64,000 nt of DNA from Antedon mediterranea (GCF_964355755.1 NC_092680.1:9362001-9426000), one strand, 5' to 3'; shown: positions 50,201-63,006, numbered from the stretch's first letter. Notes: generated by a model from the sequence alone, not told the origin. Numbers and translations are program-made.

Positions 50201-53200
50201 AGATTAGCCTACCAAAGTCCTTCAATATTAATCCATTTCGTAGTCCAAACGAATATAAAAGAGTAGATATTATAACAATGCTGCATGTTTATAGCCCTTT
50301 TAAAAATAAATTATCAGAGAGTTTTTACACCTACAGTATTAATGCTTCTCCCTCATCTTATCCACGACAACCATTTAGTTTTCACACGCTAAATCCTACT
50401 CATCTTAATAAAAAATGCGCTACTTGTTGTTAGGTGCTACAGAGGGGTGCAGTGGGTAAAACCTACTTATCACTAATGCTCACACAAGAAAACTATACTC
50501 GAAAGAACTGTTTTTTCACACACAATTACTTGTATAAATCCATCCCCTAGACTAATATCTACAGTACCTGTACATTCTACATTATCATTTATACTACATT
50601 CATAATTTATGGACTAGTTTTATGATGATCTTGTTAGTGATTTTAAGACCTTATACTGTATGATTCATTTCTGATTCCCTGAAGTAGATTTAAACTTCTT
50701 AGATTTTTATTCCAAGGTCTGTAAAAATCAAAACCTAGAAAAAGTAATAAGGATATAATAATTGACATTAAATTTACATTGTTTAATTCCTAGTTTTTGT
50801 TTTATAAGTATATTTCAATTATAGTGCAAAATGTACTTTAGCGGACTACAGTATATTTACTACAAAGACGCAACACAAGGAGGTACAGTAAACAGATTTT
50901 GAGCAATGATGAGTGGTATCATGTAAGCCTACTCCTCAAAAACAAATAAAACATCAAAATTATCTATAAAATTGGCAAATTCTCAGCTAGTGCATCTTCC
51001 TATACAAAAAAAACAAGCTGGTTTGAAAAGGTTGTTTATCAACCCTATCGGTGGGTAAAACAGAAAAAGGATAGTATTTATGCAGGCGGCTTTGTGTGGT
51101 TTGAGTCGACTTCATACAAAACTAGAAAGCCACTCCAAGAGTGCATACCTCCGCCTACTGTAAAATTGTAAAAAAAAATATATATTTGTGTGTGTCGTAA
51201 TGCTGTTTGTGATTTAGGCTAATTTCACTTCAAGCCACATGTGTATGCGAGTTTGGTGTAATGGTTATGTAACAAGCCTTTCAATTAACAATAGCTTCAG
51301 TTGACTAACAACGCGAAAATCAAATGAGTGAATTTGAAAAGAAATAGGTTTTTTAAACTACTCACATAAAAAATCGTGCACATTAAATCAAATTATGTTT
51401 TAAAATTACAAATCACAAATTATAACTCTTGCCTCTTAAGTACAAAAATGAAGTTTTTTGGACAAGTAGTACTCGAGAAAATGCAATTTCAGTTCATGGT
51501 ACTTGTTACTTTAAGACTGCTCGCCGGCTTTTGAAAAATTCTGTTATCTTTTAACTCTAGCAGGTCTGAAAAGTATACAGTACTAAAAAGTGGTCCAGAA
51601 TTGGGACCATGGTCCCAAAATGTAATGGAATGGTCCTTGACCACATATCTATCTGTATATTCATTTTGGTAAAGATCTTGTAATTACTTTTTGAGTAATC
51701 CTGCTAACAATCAAAAAAGCAAAGACACGCTACCGATTACATATACCTCCTTGGCGGAGGTAAATTATCACTAAAAACAAAATAAAATGCAATGTAAAGT
51801 TATAATCATATTATTACTGTAACTGTTCAAAACATTAACTAAAAAATTTTAAAATTATCTATAAAATTGGTCAAATCTCAGATTTTGCATCTTCATAAAT
51901 AATAACTTCCTAATGCTGACAAGTTAAACTCTAAGTGTTGTTTAACAACCCTCTGAAATATAAATAGGGTATGTCAATTAGTTACAAAGATATTGTGTCT
52001 TAAAAATCTTCAAAAGTGCAATTACAACTAAATATTTTTGGGAAAATGTTCACGATAAACTCACAGATAAAAAAGATAATAGCATTTGAACAAGGACTTT
52101 TAAAGATATTGGTCCATAAATGTAACTCCAGACCTCAAGAAGAGTAGTGGCCACTGCTCAAAATTGTTCGTGGAGAACTTTTGATATAGTGTGGGTAACA
52201 TTCACTTCACAATATCAACTTTCAAAATGTAGGATCCAAGAGGTGGGGACGGAATCCATTTTCTAGTAGGCATCTTTAAAGATGTATTGTCCCCCAAAAT
52301 CATGAAAAATAAAGATTTTTAAAATCGGACTTTGAATAGGCCATTTTGCAGTTTTAGTGAAGTTGTTCACTTCCATAAGAAAAAAAAACGGGGGAAAAAA
52401 ATTATTTCACCTATAAAAAAACAAAATAAACAGTTAAATTACCCAAAAACTCATTGTCTTCCAGACAATTTGACCATTTTTTGCTTTAAATTACATTTTT
52501 CTCAGGTAAATAAATTTTTTTCAGACCCAATTTTTTGTGAGAGTGAATAACTATTATGTGACATTAAAATAACATATTCAACAAAAAAATTAAAAAATAT
52601 ATTTTTTTAGGGGGACAATATATCTTTAAGCTACTGGTTATGGCCTATACAGTAGTCATATTTGTTTAAATACTGTGTACCGTATATTTCGGTGTATAAG
52701 TCGCACTTTTGACACGCAAATTTGACCTCTAAATTAAGGATACACCGAACATAAATGCCTCACCACACAGATTGTACATATCGTCACCTCGTTTGCTAGG
52801 CCTGAGTAGGCTAGGCCTAGCTACAGTATACTAACGTAACAGCAACCTGCTTCTGCCTAGTTTTCAAGGCATTTTAGCATGATGTTATACTAAATATGAT
52901 GAAAAGATTTGTTCATTATGGAGCTGCTGTTTTAGGCGCTCCGATAAAATTTCATTTGTAAACCTAAATAAAGGACGCCGTTGTAGATATAACAAAATTA
53001 TTATTACAATAATATTGATTACAATTTAAAAAAGATTGTTTTTATGAAATATAAGGTACGTCTTATACATCAACGATATAAAAAATACCGATATTTTACT
53101 CTCAGTTAGGGGGTGCGTCTTATACACAGGTGCGACTTATACACCGAAATATACGGTAGGTCTGGCCTTAGTTAAGGCTAGCACTCTAGAGAGTAGAGTA

Positions 53201-56200
53201 GTATATAGTAGGCTATGCTATAAATAATAAATTAATATTATTACCAGAATCCGGGCTCAGTGTATAGTGGATGGAAAATAAGGTTTAACCTAGAAATAAT
53301 TGCGTACAAAGGTTTTTCAACGTTTTTGGATTCTACTCTATGTCATTAGTCACAGAAAAAAAGTCCCGAGAAATCGGACCCTCTGAAGGGGTCATTTGAG
53401 GTCAAATTAAGTGGAAATTAACATAAATTAATTAAAATATCTTAATATCAATCAATCTTAGGCAAACTTTGTGTATTTATCATATGACTAAAGTGAATTC
53501 CATTGATCATCTTATTTATCAATAATCATGTTACCATAGCAACCGTTGCTATGCGTAACTAAGGAAAATTAAAATAATTAATAAAAAATAGTTATATTGT
53601 GTTTGAAATGTTAAAACTGATGAATTATGTACTGAGAGATCCCCTTATATCAACACAACATATTGCCACTGGAATAGGAATGTGGTTGCCATGGTAACAA
53701 TAACAAATAAATAAATAAAATTAAATAATTAATAAAATAAAATTTTCAGGTCTATCAATCTTATTTAAAATGTGCATGTGCATTGTTTGTTCATGTGCAA
53801 TCATATTGATGATAATATTTTATAAATATGGCATTACCCTAGCAACCGTAACTAAGGAAAATACAAATAATGAATAAAATACTATAAATAATGTTTAACG
53901 ATAGTATTTAACTATATAAGATTGTAATGACTTACTATAATAGTAACTGCTTTTGAAATGATAATTTACCATCACATGATGATGTTTTGATCATAAACCA
54001 TTACAATCAAACAGCAGTATGGCCAGTGGCAGTGGTTACCATCCATTTATTAAAGATGTATTGTCCCTTTGACTAATTCCAAAAAAATAAAAAATAAAAA
54101 ATTTCGAAAAAAGGTGGGTCATTTTGAAGTATCATAATAGTTATTAACTATCACCAAAAATGTTTCTAAAAAAAAAAAATTTAACTGAAATACAGACGTT
54201 TTTTTGTTAAAAAAATAAACATATCCCATAATGAAACGCACTTGTTTGGCTACTCTGTATGCATAATCATATTCCTTTTAGTAGAGTAAATGTTTTAAAA
54301 AATGGTTTTATTAGTAGATTAAGTCAAACTTATAATTCTTTTACTTTAAGAAACCCTGAGTTAGATATCTTTAGTAATAATTTCCGTAAGTTTTTGTAAC
54401 ATTGTTAGTAGTTTAGTTTAATGTTTGTTATTGTATATGTTCGTGTTTGTCTGTGTTCCCTCCTGTAAGTGGTGAACCATCAGCTCACTGTTGGTTGGGA
54501 AATGAATAAATAAATAAAAATAAATAAAAACTTCCTCATGATCTGTGTGAAAATACCTTCTTAACCGTGACGAGTTGTAAACAATCCTAATTTAGCATAT
54601 GCATTATGCGTACTCATGGTTTGAAATCTTTGTTTACTTTCGCTCGTGACGATTTTCCAGATGAAATGTAATTAAACTAATTTACCTGTTAATTACGTAA
54701 AATTGTTGTTTTTGGCTCAAATTTTCGACTTAAAGTGAATAACTTTAATATTACTTTGATATGGCCACTTTAAATTTAGAATATTTTGACTTTCATTTTT
54801 TTGTGTTTCAAGGGACAATACATCTTTAAAGCATTTTATTCCACATTTAAAATTGAAATTGTATCGCTCTCTTTAACACAGTGTACATTAAAATATAACA
54901 GATAATTGCATACATACTATTTGGAGAATTTACTTATCATCCTCTAACACCATCAGTTGGATACACTACTCGTCATCACTTTCATCATCATCAATGTCGC
55001 CTTCGATGTCAATTATTGGGCAATTTTCGCATCCTTTTCGCATCCTTCTAGCTGGCATGATCCACATGTAGATGTACACTGTAGGCCATATCGTCTGCAG
55101 CCACATCGAGGTGTACCACATCCAGTCTTACAATTGCAATGTATCATTTTGAGCAGATGAGGTGGTGCAGCATCCTCGGTTGTCATTTGTAGAACTAGGC
55201 GGTTGTCTTCTTCCTTCCATCCCCACTCCGATAACACCATATCTGTATCATTCATAGACCATGTCATAATCTGCAAATATACCCTTTGACTATGAAAATC
55301 GGTTGCACAATCAGTAGGTGGTAGTCTTTCAGGCCCAACAAATGATTTGGAACCAGCAACCTTCTTGTTAAAAATTCTCCTCCTCGAACTTAATGTTTCA
55401 CTGCTACTTCCTCCAAAGAGAGCCACCATCGATTTCCGACCATATTCTTCAATCTTTTTCTTAGTTTGACAATTGGATGTGAAGACTTTGGCACAAGAGC
55501 TTAGAACTTTATCATCACTAAGCAGCTTTTTAAAAGCTGCCTTCTTTCCAACGCCATATATTCTTGAGGTCGTATCGCATCCTGTAAGGGCATGACAAAA
55601 CAGGAGCTTTGAACAAAGGTTAGATCAAAGTGCTTTCTTTAAGGGGATGATATCTGTCGCTTTTGTAGCTGATGCTTTGTCGGATCTAAAAATTATCCTA
55701 TTCAAGCTTAGACGGGTATGATGCAAAAGGAGGATAAGAAGGTCTGTATCCTCTCCTATGAGTGTGACTGATTTATTCTTGGCAGCATTAATAGCAGTAG
55801 TTGCTATGAGAACATCAGCATCACCCGGTGCATGGATGACTTCTACACCTACTGACTCAAGCTCTTTTCCAAGCATGTTGATAAATCTTTGTTTGTTGTT
55901 GGTATTACTCAAAAATTTCTTTTTCTTTGTGTCAAATACTGTAGATTCGTCAAATTTGACATCTAAGTGGTCAGCTTTTCCACGCCTCAAGTTTGTAATA
56001 TCTTTTGTTGTTGGTGTTCCATAGCCATCAAACACTACTATTGTGGATGCATACTTTCTAACTAGCTTGCAATAAGACGTAATAATTTCATGGTATAACT
56101 CGCCCTTCTTCCATGGCAGTAGTCGGTGTATTAAAGAACCTCCATCGAAGACATAGATGTCAGTTTTGGGGACGGCATTATGACATAGTAATATGTCTGA

Positions 56201-59200
56201 CGATTTCTTTTGTCCTTGATCAATAATTGCGTGAAGCAATTGCGGCTTGTCTGCTTTCCGGAGCAAATTCTTTCCTTCAAACAATGATGGGGGAAAGGGA
56301 CTCAGTTCAAACGTAAGCATTTCTTCCAAAGACAGGCTCCCAGTTTGTGACACAATGAGACATCTTTGAAATAAGAGTCCAGGATCTATAGATCTGTCAG
56401 GTGCAACAACAATGGCACTTGCATCAGCTAGTGTCCTGGCTCTTTCCTTTCTTTTAAATTTATGTGAGAAGACTAACTGTTGCTTCATTTGAGAGATGAC
56501 ACTTTCAGCTACCATTTGATATTGAAGAACATTGACATCATCATTAGCTACCATACCATTTACAATATTACGAAGGGTTGGTTCCATTGAAAATGGTGAA
56601 CATCCGTTGAGTTTAGCTAGCAATTTATCAGTATCAATTGTATCTCTGTGTATACTAGAAGGCGCAGCCTCTTTGTGTTGATCACTGGTTGCAAACGTTT
56701 TATTAGTAAATGACTGCATGGATTCATTGAATGCTGACATACATGGCCTTGTAAGAACCCACAACATTCTTGAATGTTCACTCATCTAATACTGCCTCTG
56801 GTTAGACCTCCTGTGCTTTTTACCGACCGCATCAGGGTTTTCTCGATAGCGAGGTCACAACTTACACCAGCCCAGAATTTATTTGTTCGACGTACCACAT
56901 TCAAGCCTTTGCAAAAGCGGTCATATACATCAGGATGATCGTCTTTGAGTCTGTTCATTTGTTGTAGGTAGAAGTATGCAGATCTCAGGTAATTGACCAA
57001 ATCATTATACCCATCACCTTCAGAAATGCAAATGTTATCCTGGTATCTCTCCCTTAGCTTATTCTTCATGTGTTTGTTGGTGTATGGTTCTGATTCATCA
57101 TCTATGAACTCTTTCATTCTTTCTGTGAACAAATAGTAAAGAAATATTTAAAATAACATCTGTTTGCATATTGTATACAAGTGGAAGTCAGGTGGCGCAG
57201 CGAGTAGGGAGACGGTCTCTTGATCGTGAGGTTGGGATTTGGCACTTGGGGTGTTTCCTTAAACAAGGAACTTTATCAACGTTTGTCCCTCTTCATCCAG
57301 GTGTATAAATGGACCAGCGCTTGCTAGGAAGGTAAACAGACTCTTTGTGCGGGAGGAGTTGCATTGTACAGTCTGGCCCAAACGTTAAAGAAAGAGAGAT
57401 GGGCACTCCGGCTGCGGCAGCCACCTTTAACTTCCTTTTTTACAATATATTAATAGTTAAACTCTAAGTAAGATTGTGAATATATGTTCATACCTTTTCT
57501 ACATCATAAGCATGGCCTTTAAATATTTAAATTAACTTAAATATACTTCCATGATAATAAGCTACCGTATGTGTATTCATATTTCAACAATAAACTACAA
57601 CAAAGGTACAAGGAAGGTTCTTGTTTTCATATACCTTTTCACCACCAATCCTTGAAATATACAACACTGCAGATAGATATATCTGGAGTACGGTAGCCAT
57701 CGCCACGGCACAAATGTATCTAGACGGCTGCGGAAGGCAGATTTTCGCAAGTAGGTACAGTAGTAGGATAAGTGTTGCAAATGAAGCCATAAAAGGAGTA
57801 TTAGTTTTCTTTCAGATCTTTGAATACGTAATCCCTTGGACACCCTATTTAGAGGACATCTGCTAATAAAAGGACACTTTACTGTAAAACAAACAAGTAG
57901 CACTAGCAGACCAACCCCTATCCCTATTCATAGAATGCCTCTATTTATATTTAAGGGACCTGTTGTTGAGTCCAAAGAATTGTACATTAATAAGGGTTGT
58001 TCTACTGTATTACTTACATGAAACAAAATAACAAGGATAGACAATGTGTTAATAAACTACAAGGTAGAGAAGTTTTGAATTTTTGCCATCAATTTATTCC
58101 ATTTACTTAATAAATAAATTGTTCTTGTGGGAAAACATACTTTATTCTATAGCTTCTTCAATATACAATTGTATACTGTGACATTTAATAATTTATGTAT
58201 ACAAGTCTGTCTGGAATTAAAACCAGTAGTCTGTGGCTTATGTATTCAGATTGTTGGAAATATGAAATATATTTTATTTAATATACAGTAGTCACAGTAT
58301 ATTTGATATTGGTTTTTTTTTTCCTAAAATTGTGTATCTAAAATAATATTGTAATAAGGTCATTCTTGTGCCTAGCCTGAATAAACTGTCAATAGCCTCC
58401 TCTACTCGAAGAAGGGGATATTGAGGGGGTTATGAAAAAAAGACCATTCCATTTCATTGATAGGGGAATTATACAGTAGTACTAGTAGTATATTCAACAA
58501 AAATTCTTTGTCTATTTCATATCAATTGTATCCTATTAAAAGTTTAGTACAATTTAATTCAGTGCAAACTGCAGTGAGCGCAGCTTTCACGCTCCAGCAA
58601 TTTCAATGCAGACTTCGAATTGCAGTTGTTTACCACTTGAAGATTTGAACACTTCCATTATTGATAGGGTAGTCACATTATAGCAGTGTCATGAAAACGG
58701 GATCAGATAATTCAAACACAAACACAGTAAAGCAATGTTTTTAATGCATATACTGTACAAATGGTAAATATGTGATAACTGTTGTTACATATAACCCTAT
58801 GTTTACAATCTGATATAATGGAAGTTACCAGGCATATGTGCGTACATCTAATCAGGCAGCAAACCTGTGCGAATCTGTCTTGCTAATAATAATTTAATAA
58901 TAATAATAATTTAGGTATTTGTATAGCGCCAGAATCAACTAAATCGAAGTAAACATCAAAGGCGCTTATATTGGATGTTAAAAAGATGCGTTTTAAGTTC
59001 TTTAAAAAAAATAGCAATAGAAGGTGATTTAGTAAAATGACGAGGGAGAGAATTCCCAAGAGAAGCAGCAGAGAACATAAAAGACCTTTGTCCATAAGAT
59101 TTGGTGTTAATTCTAGGAACAAGTACGGTAGTAGGTTTTGATCAGCCGAACGAAGACAAGCAAGAGGGGTCAAATTTACATGGACACCAAATTGTTTTTG

Positions 59201-59763
59201 CATTGAAATAACAAGCAAAGCAAGTAAAATTGATATGCGTGCCTAGCTTACCTGGATAAACTGACATTGACCTATTCTCTTCAAGAAGACAGCTACAACT
59301 TGAATATATAAAATCTTATTAAACACCCTTATCAGATAATGGTACATTTCATGAACCCTGCCCTCAAGTGGGAGCATCTGAGAGCAAAGTCTAATGTCAG
59401 TTTATGTTGTGTTTTTTCTTTTTTGCATAGTGTATAGTGAATACTTTTTTCACATCAATTTATTAGAGTTTATATAGTAAATTAAAAATACAGAGTGGTC
59501 TAAATGGTAAGAAGGTATCAGTCAACAGAAGACCCTGGTTCAAGTCTCAGATTGTTTTTTCTTCATATTTTATGTTTGACATCAATTACAATGAATCATA
59601 CTGTACAGTAAATAGTCAGAGTATTAATACTTGATTATTTTACCTGTAGCTTTAAGCATTAATATGGTAATTAATAATTATCTTTGCAGAGGACGCATAC
59701 CAACAACAAACTGTTATAGATGGCGAGTCTGGTCTTTTAGATATTCTTGATACAGCAGGCCAG
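41221..59763 (+). CDS. RIT1: Rit/Rin (RIT1/RIT2/Ric)-type Ras-family small GTPase, 5' coding exons; gene continues past the window
   Basis: Exons 41221-41302 (YKIVLLGSGGVGKS, G1), 45657-45713 (ALTLQFVSHSFLDYHDPTI) and 59690-59763 (EDAYQQQTVIDGESGLLDILDTAGQ, G3), with consistent phases. HDPTIEDAY is the Rit-subfamily effector loop. An in-frame acceptor at 41187 implies an upstream exon that I did not locate. Confidence 0.92.
41829..42160. mobile_element. TGCAC/TAA MITE, same family as 7549-7835
   Basis: About 45-bp TIR tgcac..gtcaattgtatgacccactatacg.cccccgggag; TAA on both sides. Confidence 0.85.
43837..44345. mobile_element. TTAA-target (Kolobok-like) MITE
   Basis: ttaa|agacaccttcccta ... 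tagggaaggtgtct|ttaa. Confidence 0.8.
45161..45480. repeat. 101-bp tandem triplication inside a Tc1/mariner-like MITE (~45139-45603)
   Basis: acccctatttaggg at 45161, 45262, 45363 and 45464; host ends cagtagaacccctc / gagggtctacta. Confidence 0.85.
47648..47732. repeat. Perfect AT-rich palindrome, 42-bp arms with 1-nt centre
   Basis: aatttctaggaattaaaacaattgaaattaaaattcttatta-a-taataagaattttaatttcaattgttttaattcctagaaatt. Confidence 0.95.
47935..48180. repeat. About 30-bp minisatellite
   Basis: gccacgccttccactgttaaatcagacata repeated about 8 times with variants. Confidence 0.85.
51119..51763 (-). mobile_element. HINE/Helentron-type non-autonomous element, copy 1
   Basis: Minus-strand start ttacctccgccaaggaggtatatg with inverse partner acctccgcc near 51147; collinear with 61060-61686. 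Confidence 0.75.
52280..52625. mobile_element. TTAA-target (Kolobok-like) MITE
   Basis: ttaa|agatgtattgtcccc ... ggggacaatatatct|ttaa. Confidence 0.8.
52680..53156. mobile_element. Tc1/mariner-superfamily MITE (CCGTA termini)
   Basis: Perfect 27-bp TIR ccgtatatttcggtgtataagtcgcac, flanked by TA. Confidence 0.9.
53265..57132 (-). mobile_element. Academ-type DNA transposon remnant (transposase C-terminus, XPG/FEN1-like nuclease, Cys8 finger), frameshifted and internally deleted
   Basis: ORF pieces 57132-56782, 56785-55625, ~55625-55430 (HALTGCDTTSRIYGVGK, helix-3-turn-helix) and 55429-55013 (CNCKTGCGTPRCGCRRYGLQCTSTCGSC). Acidic nuclease motifs FDGG, FDGY, GDAD and GEDTD are present. Candidate terminus TAGTGG at 53265; the other end was not found. 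Confidence 0.75.
54054..54825. mobile_element. TTAA-target (Kolobok-like) MITE nested in the Academ remnant; same TIR family as 52280-52625
   Basis: ttaa|agatgtattgtccct ... agggacaatacatct|ttaa. Confidence 0.85.
57190..57432 (+). mobile_element. tRNA-derived SINE
   Basis: Head ggtggcgcagcgagtag; core gtgtttccttaaacaaggaacttt...ccaggtgtataaatgg shared with the 9314 SINE. Confidence 0.55.
58885..59215 (-). mobile_element. 3' end of an L2/CR1-like LINE
   Basis: Minus strand reads LRSADQNLL...then ataagcgcc...ggcgctatacaaat and a (tta)n tail. Confidence 0.65.
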
Positions 59764-59998
59764 GTAAGTGTATTAATTGAATTAGCAGCCTTGTGGCTCT
59801 TAAATGCTTTATGCACAGTCGATGTTTAGTGTTGCCATGGTGATGCTTCATGGAAGTAGTGAATGGCTTTAGTGTAGAACCTTGGTGATTGCATAATAAA
59901 TAGAAATTATTGTAACATAATAATGTGCAGTTTGTTTGTACTTTGATTGATAATGTTGCCACGTTCAGTACAGAAAATTGAAAAGAAAAATGTCCAGG

Positions 59999-60095
59999 AA
60001 CAAGGCCATATACATAGCTGCAGTCGCATGCGCAAATTTGAGTTTGACCGACTGACATAGTGAGATGTAGAGTCGCGTTTGCACGCAACTAAAAA
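59999..60095 (-). mobile_element. Miniature (~95 bp) HINE related to 36386-40608
   Basis: Reverse complement reads tttttagttgcgtgcaaacgcgactcta..tcactatgtc.gtcggtc...catgcgact...ggccttgtt, i.e. both ends of the larger element with almost no interior. Confidence 0.7.
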
Positions 60096-60635
60096 GTCAG
60101 ATATGACGTCTCTATTACCATCCAAACAAGCTAATCAAGTTAAGTTCCCGAATTTTTTTTTAAATAAAAAATTGTCGAGCATTCAGCTTTATGTGTGTAT
60201 CCTATTGCTTTAGAACTGGTTGAAATTGTCCAAATTCTATAGTAAAGTATGTCAATTTTGTCTATACAGTGATTTTGTATAAATAAAATTCCTACACACT
60301 GTAATATAATAGTTGGAATTCGTTGTCATGAAAATCAATAGCAGAGAATATGTTTTAAATACTGTTCTTTTCAAGAACAATTTTTTTCTTACCAGCAGAA
60401 ATGGGTCTCCACAAAAACGACAAAAAAGAACTGTTGTAAAAACGGTTTCAAAAACCCCAACGAATTCTGGTCTCGATCGCGAAGAACCATTCTGAAACTG
60501 GTTTCCGTGGAGAAAATTTTTTCTGCAACATAGTTGCGGTCTCAATTTGAAAACTCGCAGTCAAAACTGTGCGATAAGGCCTAGGCCTAGTCATTGTTAT
60601 TTCTCTAGATAGTGAATATTTTATTTAACTAAAAA

Positions 60636-60895
60636 ATGTGGACTGATGCAATTACAAGGTTCGTAATAAATCTGTGGGAAGAAGAAAATATGAGGGGAGG
60701 CTAGTGGGGAGTCGGCAAGACTCACATGTTTATAAGAATATTGTAAAGCGTGTGAAAGATGTGTTCAACTTGACAACATCGGCTGCACAGGTGACGAGCA
60801 AATTGAAAAGGGTGTTATGTACTTATACTTACCAAGGACCACAATAGCATGTCAGCATGGCATTACCTATACCTTCCCCTTCTATGATGAATTCT
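60636..60895 (+). pseudogene. Decayed Myb/SANT-like (trihelix) DNA-binding domain, probably from a PIF/Harbinger element
   Basis: Across frameshifts: MWTDAITRFVINLWEE...VYKNIVKRV...AAQVTSKLKRV...Y...KDHNS...PFYDE. Confidence 0.6.
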
Positions 60896-61059
60896 TGCGG
60901 ATCGCGCTATATGAAAAAAGTAAACATGTCATCCATCCAATCGCACTTCTGTCTGACAAACTGCATTGTGGTATATAATGACGTCATTCATAACGAACGC
61001 ACATGGACGGAACCGGTTTTGTTGGCGTAATATTAAGCTGCAACGCGTCCTTTTTTTAT

Positions 61060-61686
61060 AAACTAGAAAGCTAATCCGCGAGTGCATACCTCCGCCTACT
61101 GTAAAATTCTCCTACATAAGATTTCTCTGGGAAAATATGTATATATATTTGTGTGTCCTAATGCTGTGTGTGATTTATGCTAATTTCACTACAAGCATGT
61201 GTATGCGAATTTGGTGTAATGGTTATGTAACCAGCCTTTCAACTATTCAATAGATTATGTTTGACTAACAATAAAACAGCAACGCCAAAAACAAACGGGT
61301 GAATTTGAAAAGAAATATGTTTTTAAAAACTACTGTAAATGAAATCAATTTATGTTTTAAAATTACAAATCACAAATTATAACTCTTGAAGTTTTTTGGA
61401 CAAGTAGTTCTCGTGAAAATGCAATTTCAGTTTACTTGTTACTTTAAGACTGCTTGCCGGCTTTTGAAAAAAATCTGTCCTATCTTTTAACACTAGCAGG
61501 TCTGAAAAACTAAACAGTGGTCCAGAATTGGAACCGTGGTCCTAAAATTTAATGGAATGGTCCTTGACCACATATCTATATCTGTATATTCATTTTGGTA
61601 AAGATCTTGTAATTTCTTTTTGAGTAATCCTGCTAGCAAACAAACAAACACGATCGTTTATACATATACCTCCTTGGCGGAGGTAA
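61060..61686 (-). mobile_element. HINE/Helentron-type non-autonomous element, copy 2
   Basis: Collinear with 51119-51763 with the same ends (aaactagaaagc ... ttggcggaggtaa). Confidence 0.75.
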
Positions 61687-63006
61687 ACAATGCCAAAACC
61701 GGTTTCCAAGAAAACCATTCTTTTTTTTATTTTCAATAGAAACATGCCCTAATAATGCAATGAGGTAGAGCTTTCGAGTAAAGTAACATACTTCATAATG
61801 GCATGTGTATAATAGTATGGTGCATAAACATCATAGCTTTGGTTTTCATATTTAAAATTTAATTACCTTTAAATTCACTCAAGCAATGTGATAATTGCCA
61901 TTTATTTTACATTATTAAAAGTGTCTTGTCCCTTGACAGTGACAAAGTATTCATGCCTTCAAATTAAGCTTATTTTGAACTTGAAAATTATTATATCAAA
62001 TAAATATTTACTTTTTCTACTAGAATAATAATAGTAATGATAAGAATGTATTACATAATGATTTATTTTAATTTTAAACACTATCTGTAACTAAAGCTAT
62101 TTTTTAAAGTGAAAGTGAAATTGTCTGTAAATAGAATTAATTAAGTTGGCTATAAATGTGAATCAATTTCAAAACGAATGTCAATTAATTTCAGCTACTA
62201 TAACCTTGTGTACAGTATATTGCATTATCTTTGCCTTCAAATGGTGGAGTAATAGTGTCAGGGCCTGTGAGAACAGAAACATTTATCTATTTGTATATTG
62301 TGGGTGGAATAGTGTGTGATGATAGATAGCAGATTTTAGGGAAATTCCCTGCTTTAAGATGCATACTTTCCTTATTAATGTAGTAAGTGTAGGTGGACTA
62401 TTACTTTAATTTGAAATTGTGATAAGCTGAATAAAGAGGAATAAAATAAAGTCAAAACTTAAAATCCATTTGGTGTTAGTTAGCTTTTTCTGGTTGTCCT
62501 ACAGCCATGGTACACAACTAGCAAAAATAATAAAATTATTGATGTGACTCAATGAATTATCAACGGGTAAGTTGTTGCTAATTTTGGTGACTTAGGCCAA
62601 CTTCATAATCTTATCGTTTTCCATTATGCTCTTGACCATGACACCCAAGTGAAAGAAAGTGGGGTTGCGGATTATGTGCTGATAACGTCACTGTAAAATT
62701 ATAGTGCAATTCCCTGAAGGGTATTTAGACTCTGTGCATAAATGTGAAAGCAGTTTTAAGACCTTGGCATTTACAGAAAGCTCTGCCAGTGTTTTTTTGT
62801 TCGCGCCGCACCTGTAGGCAGTGTTAACATTGAGAACGGAATCATAGAAACTGTATTATCGCTAAAGCTATTTTACTTGGGTTGACATTTTTGGGATTTT
62901 GTAAACTAGACTAATTTATAGGTCCATGTTGCTCAACCCAACGTACGTGCGGTGTGGTAGTACAGTAGACAGCGTGAGTTTCTGTAGTATAAAGTTTGAA
63001 TAGCCT

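Noticed and set aside
57480-57903. Possible nested antisense gene in the Rit intron (hydrophobic 68-aa ORF, two donor-like sites)
   Set aside because: No recognisable domain and I could not build a consistent multi-exon model; it needs RNA evidence.
59493-59552. tRNA-like sequence
   Set aside because: Only decayed box motifs; stems do not pair.
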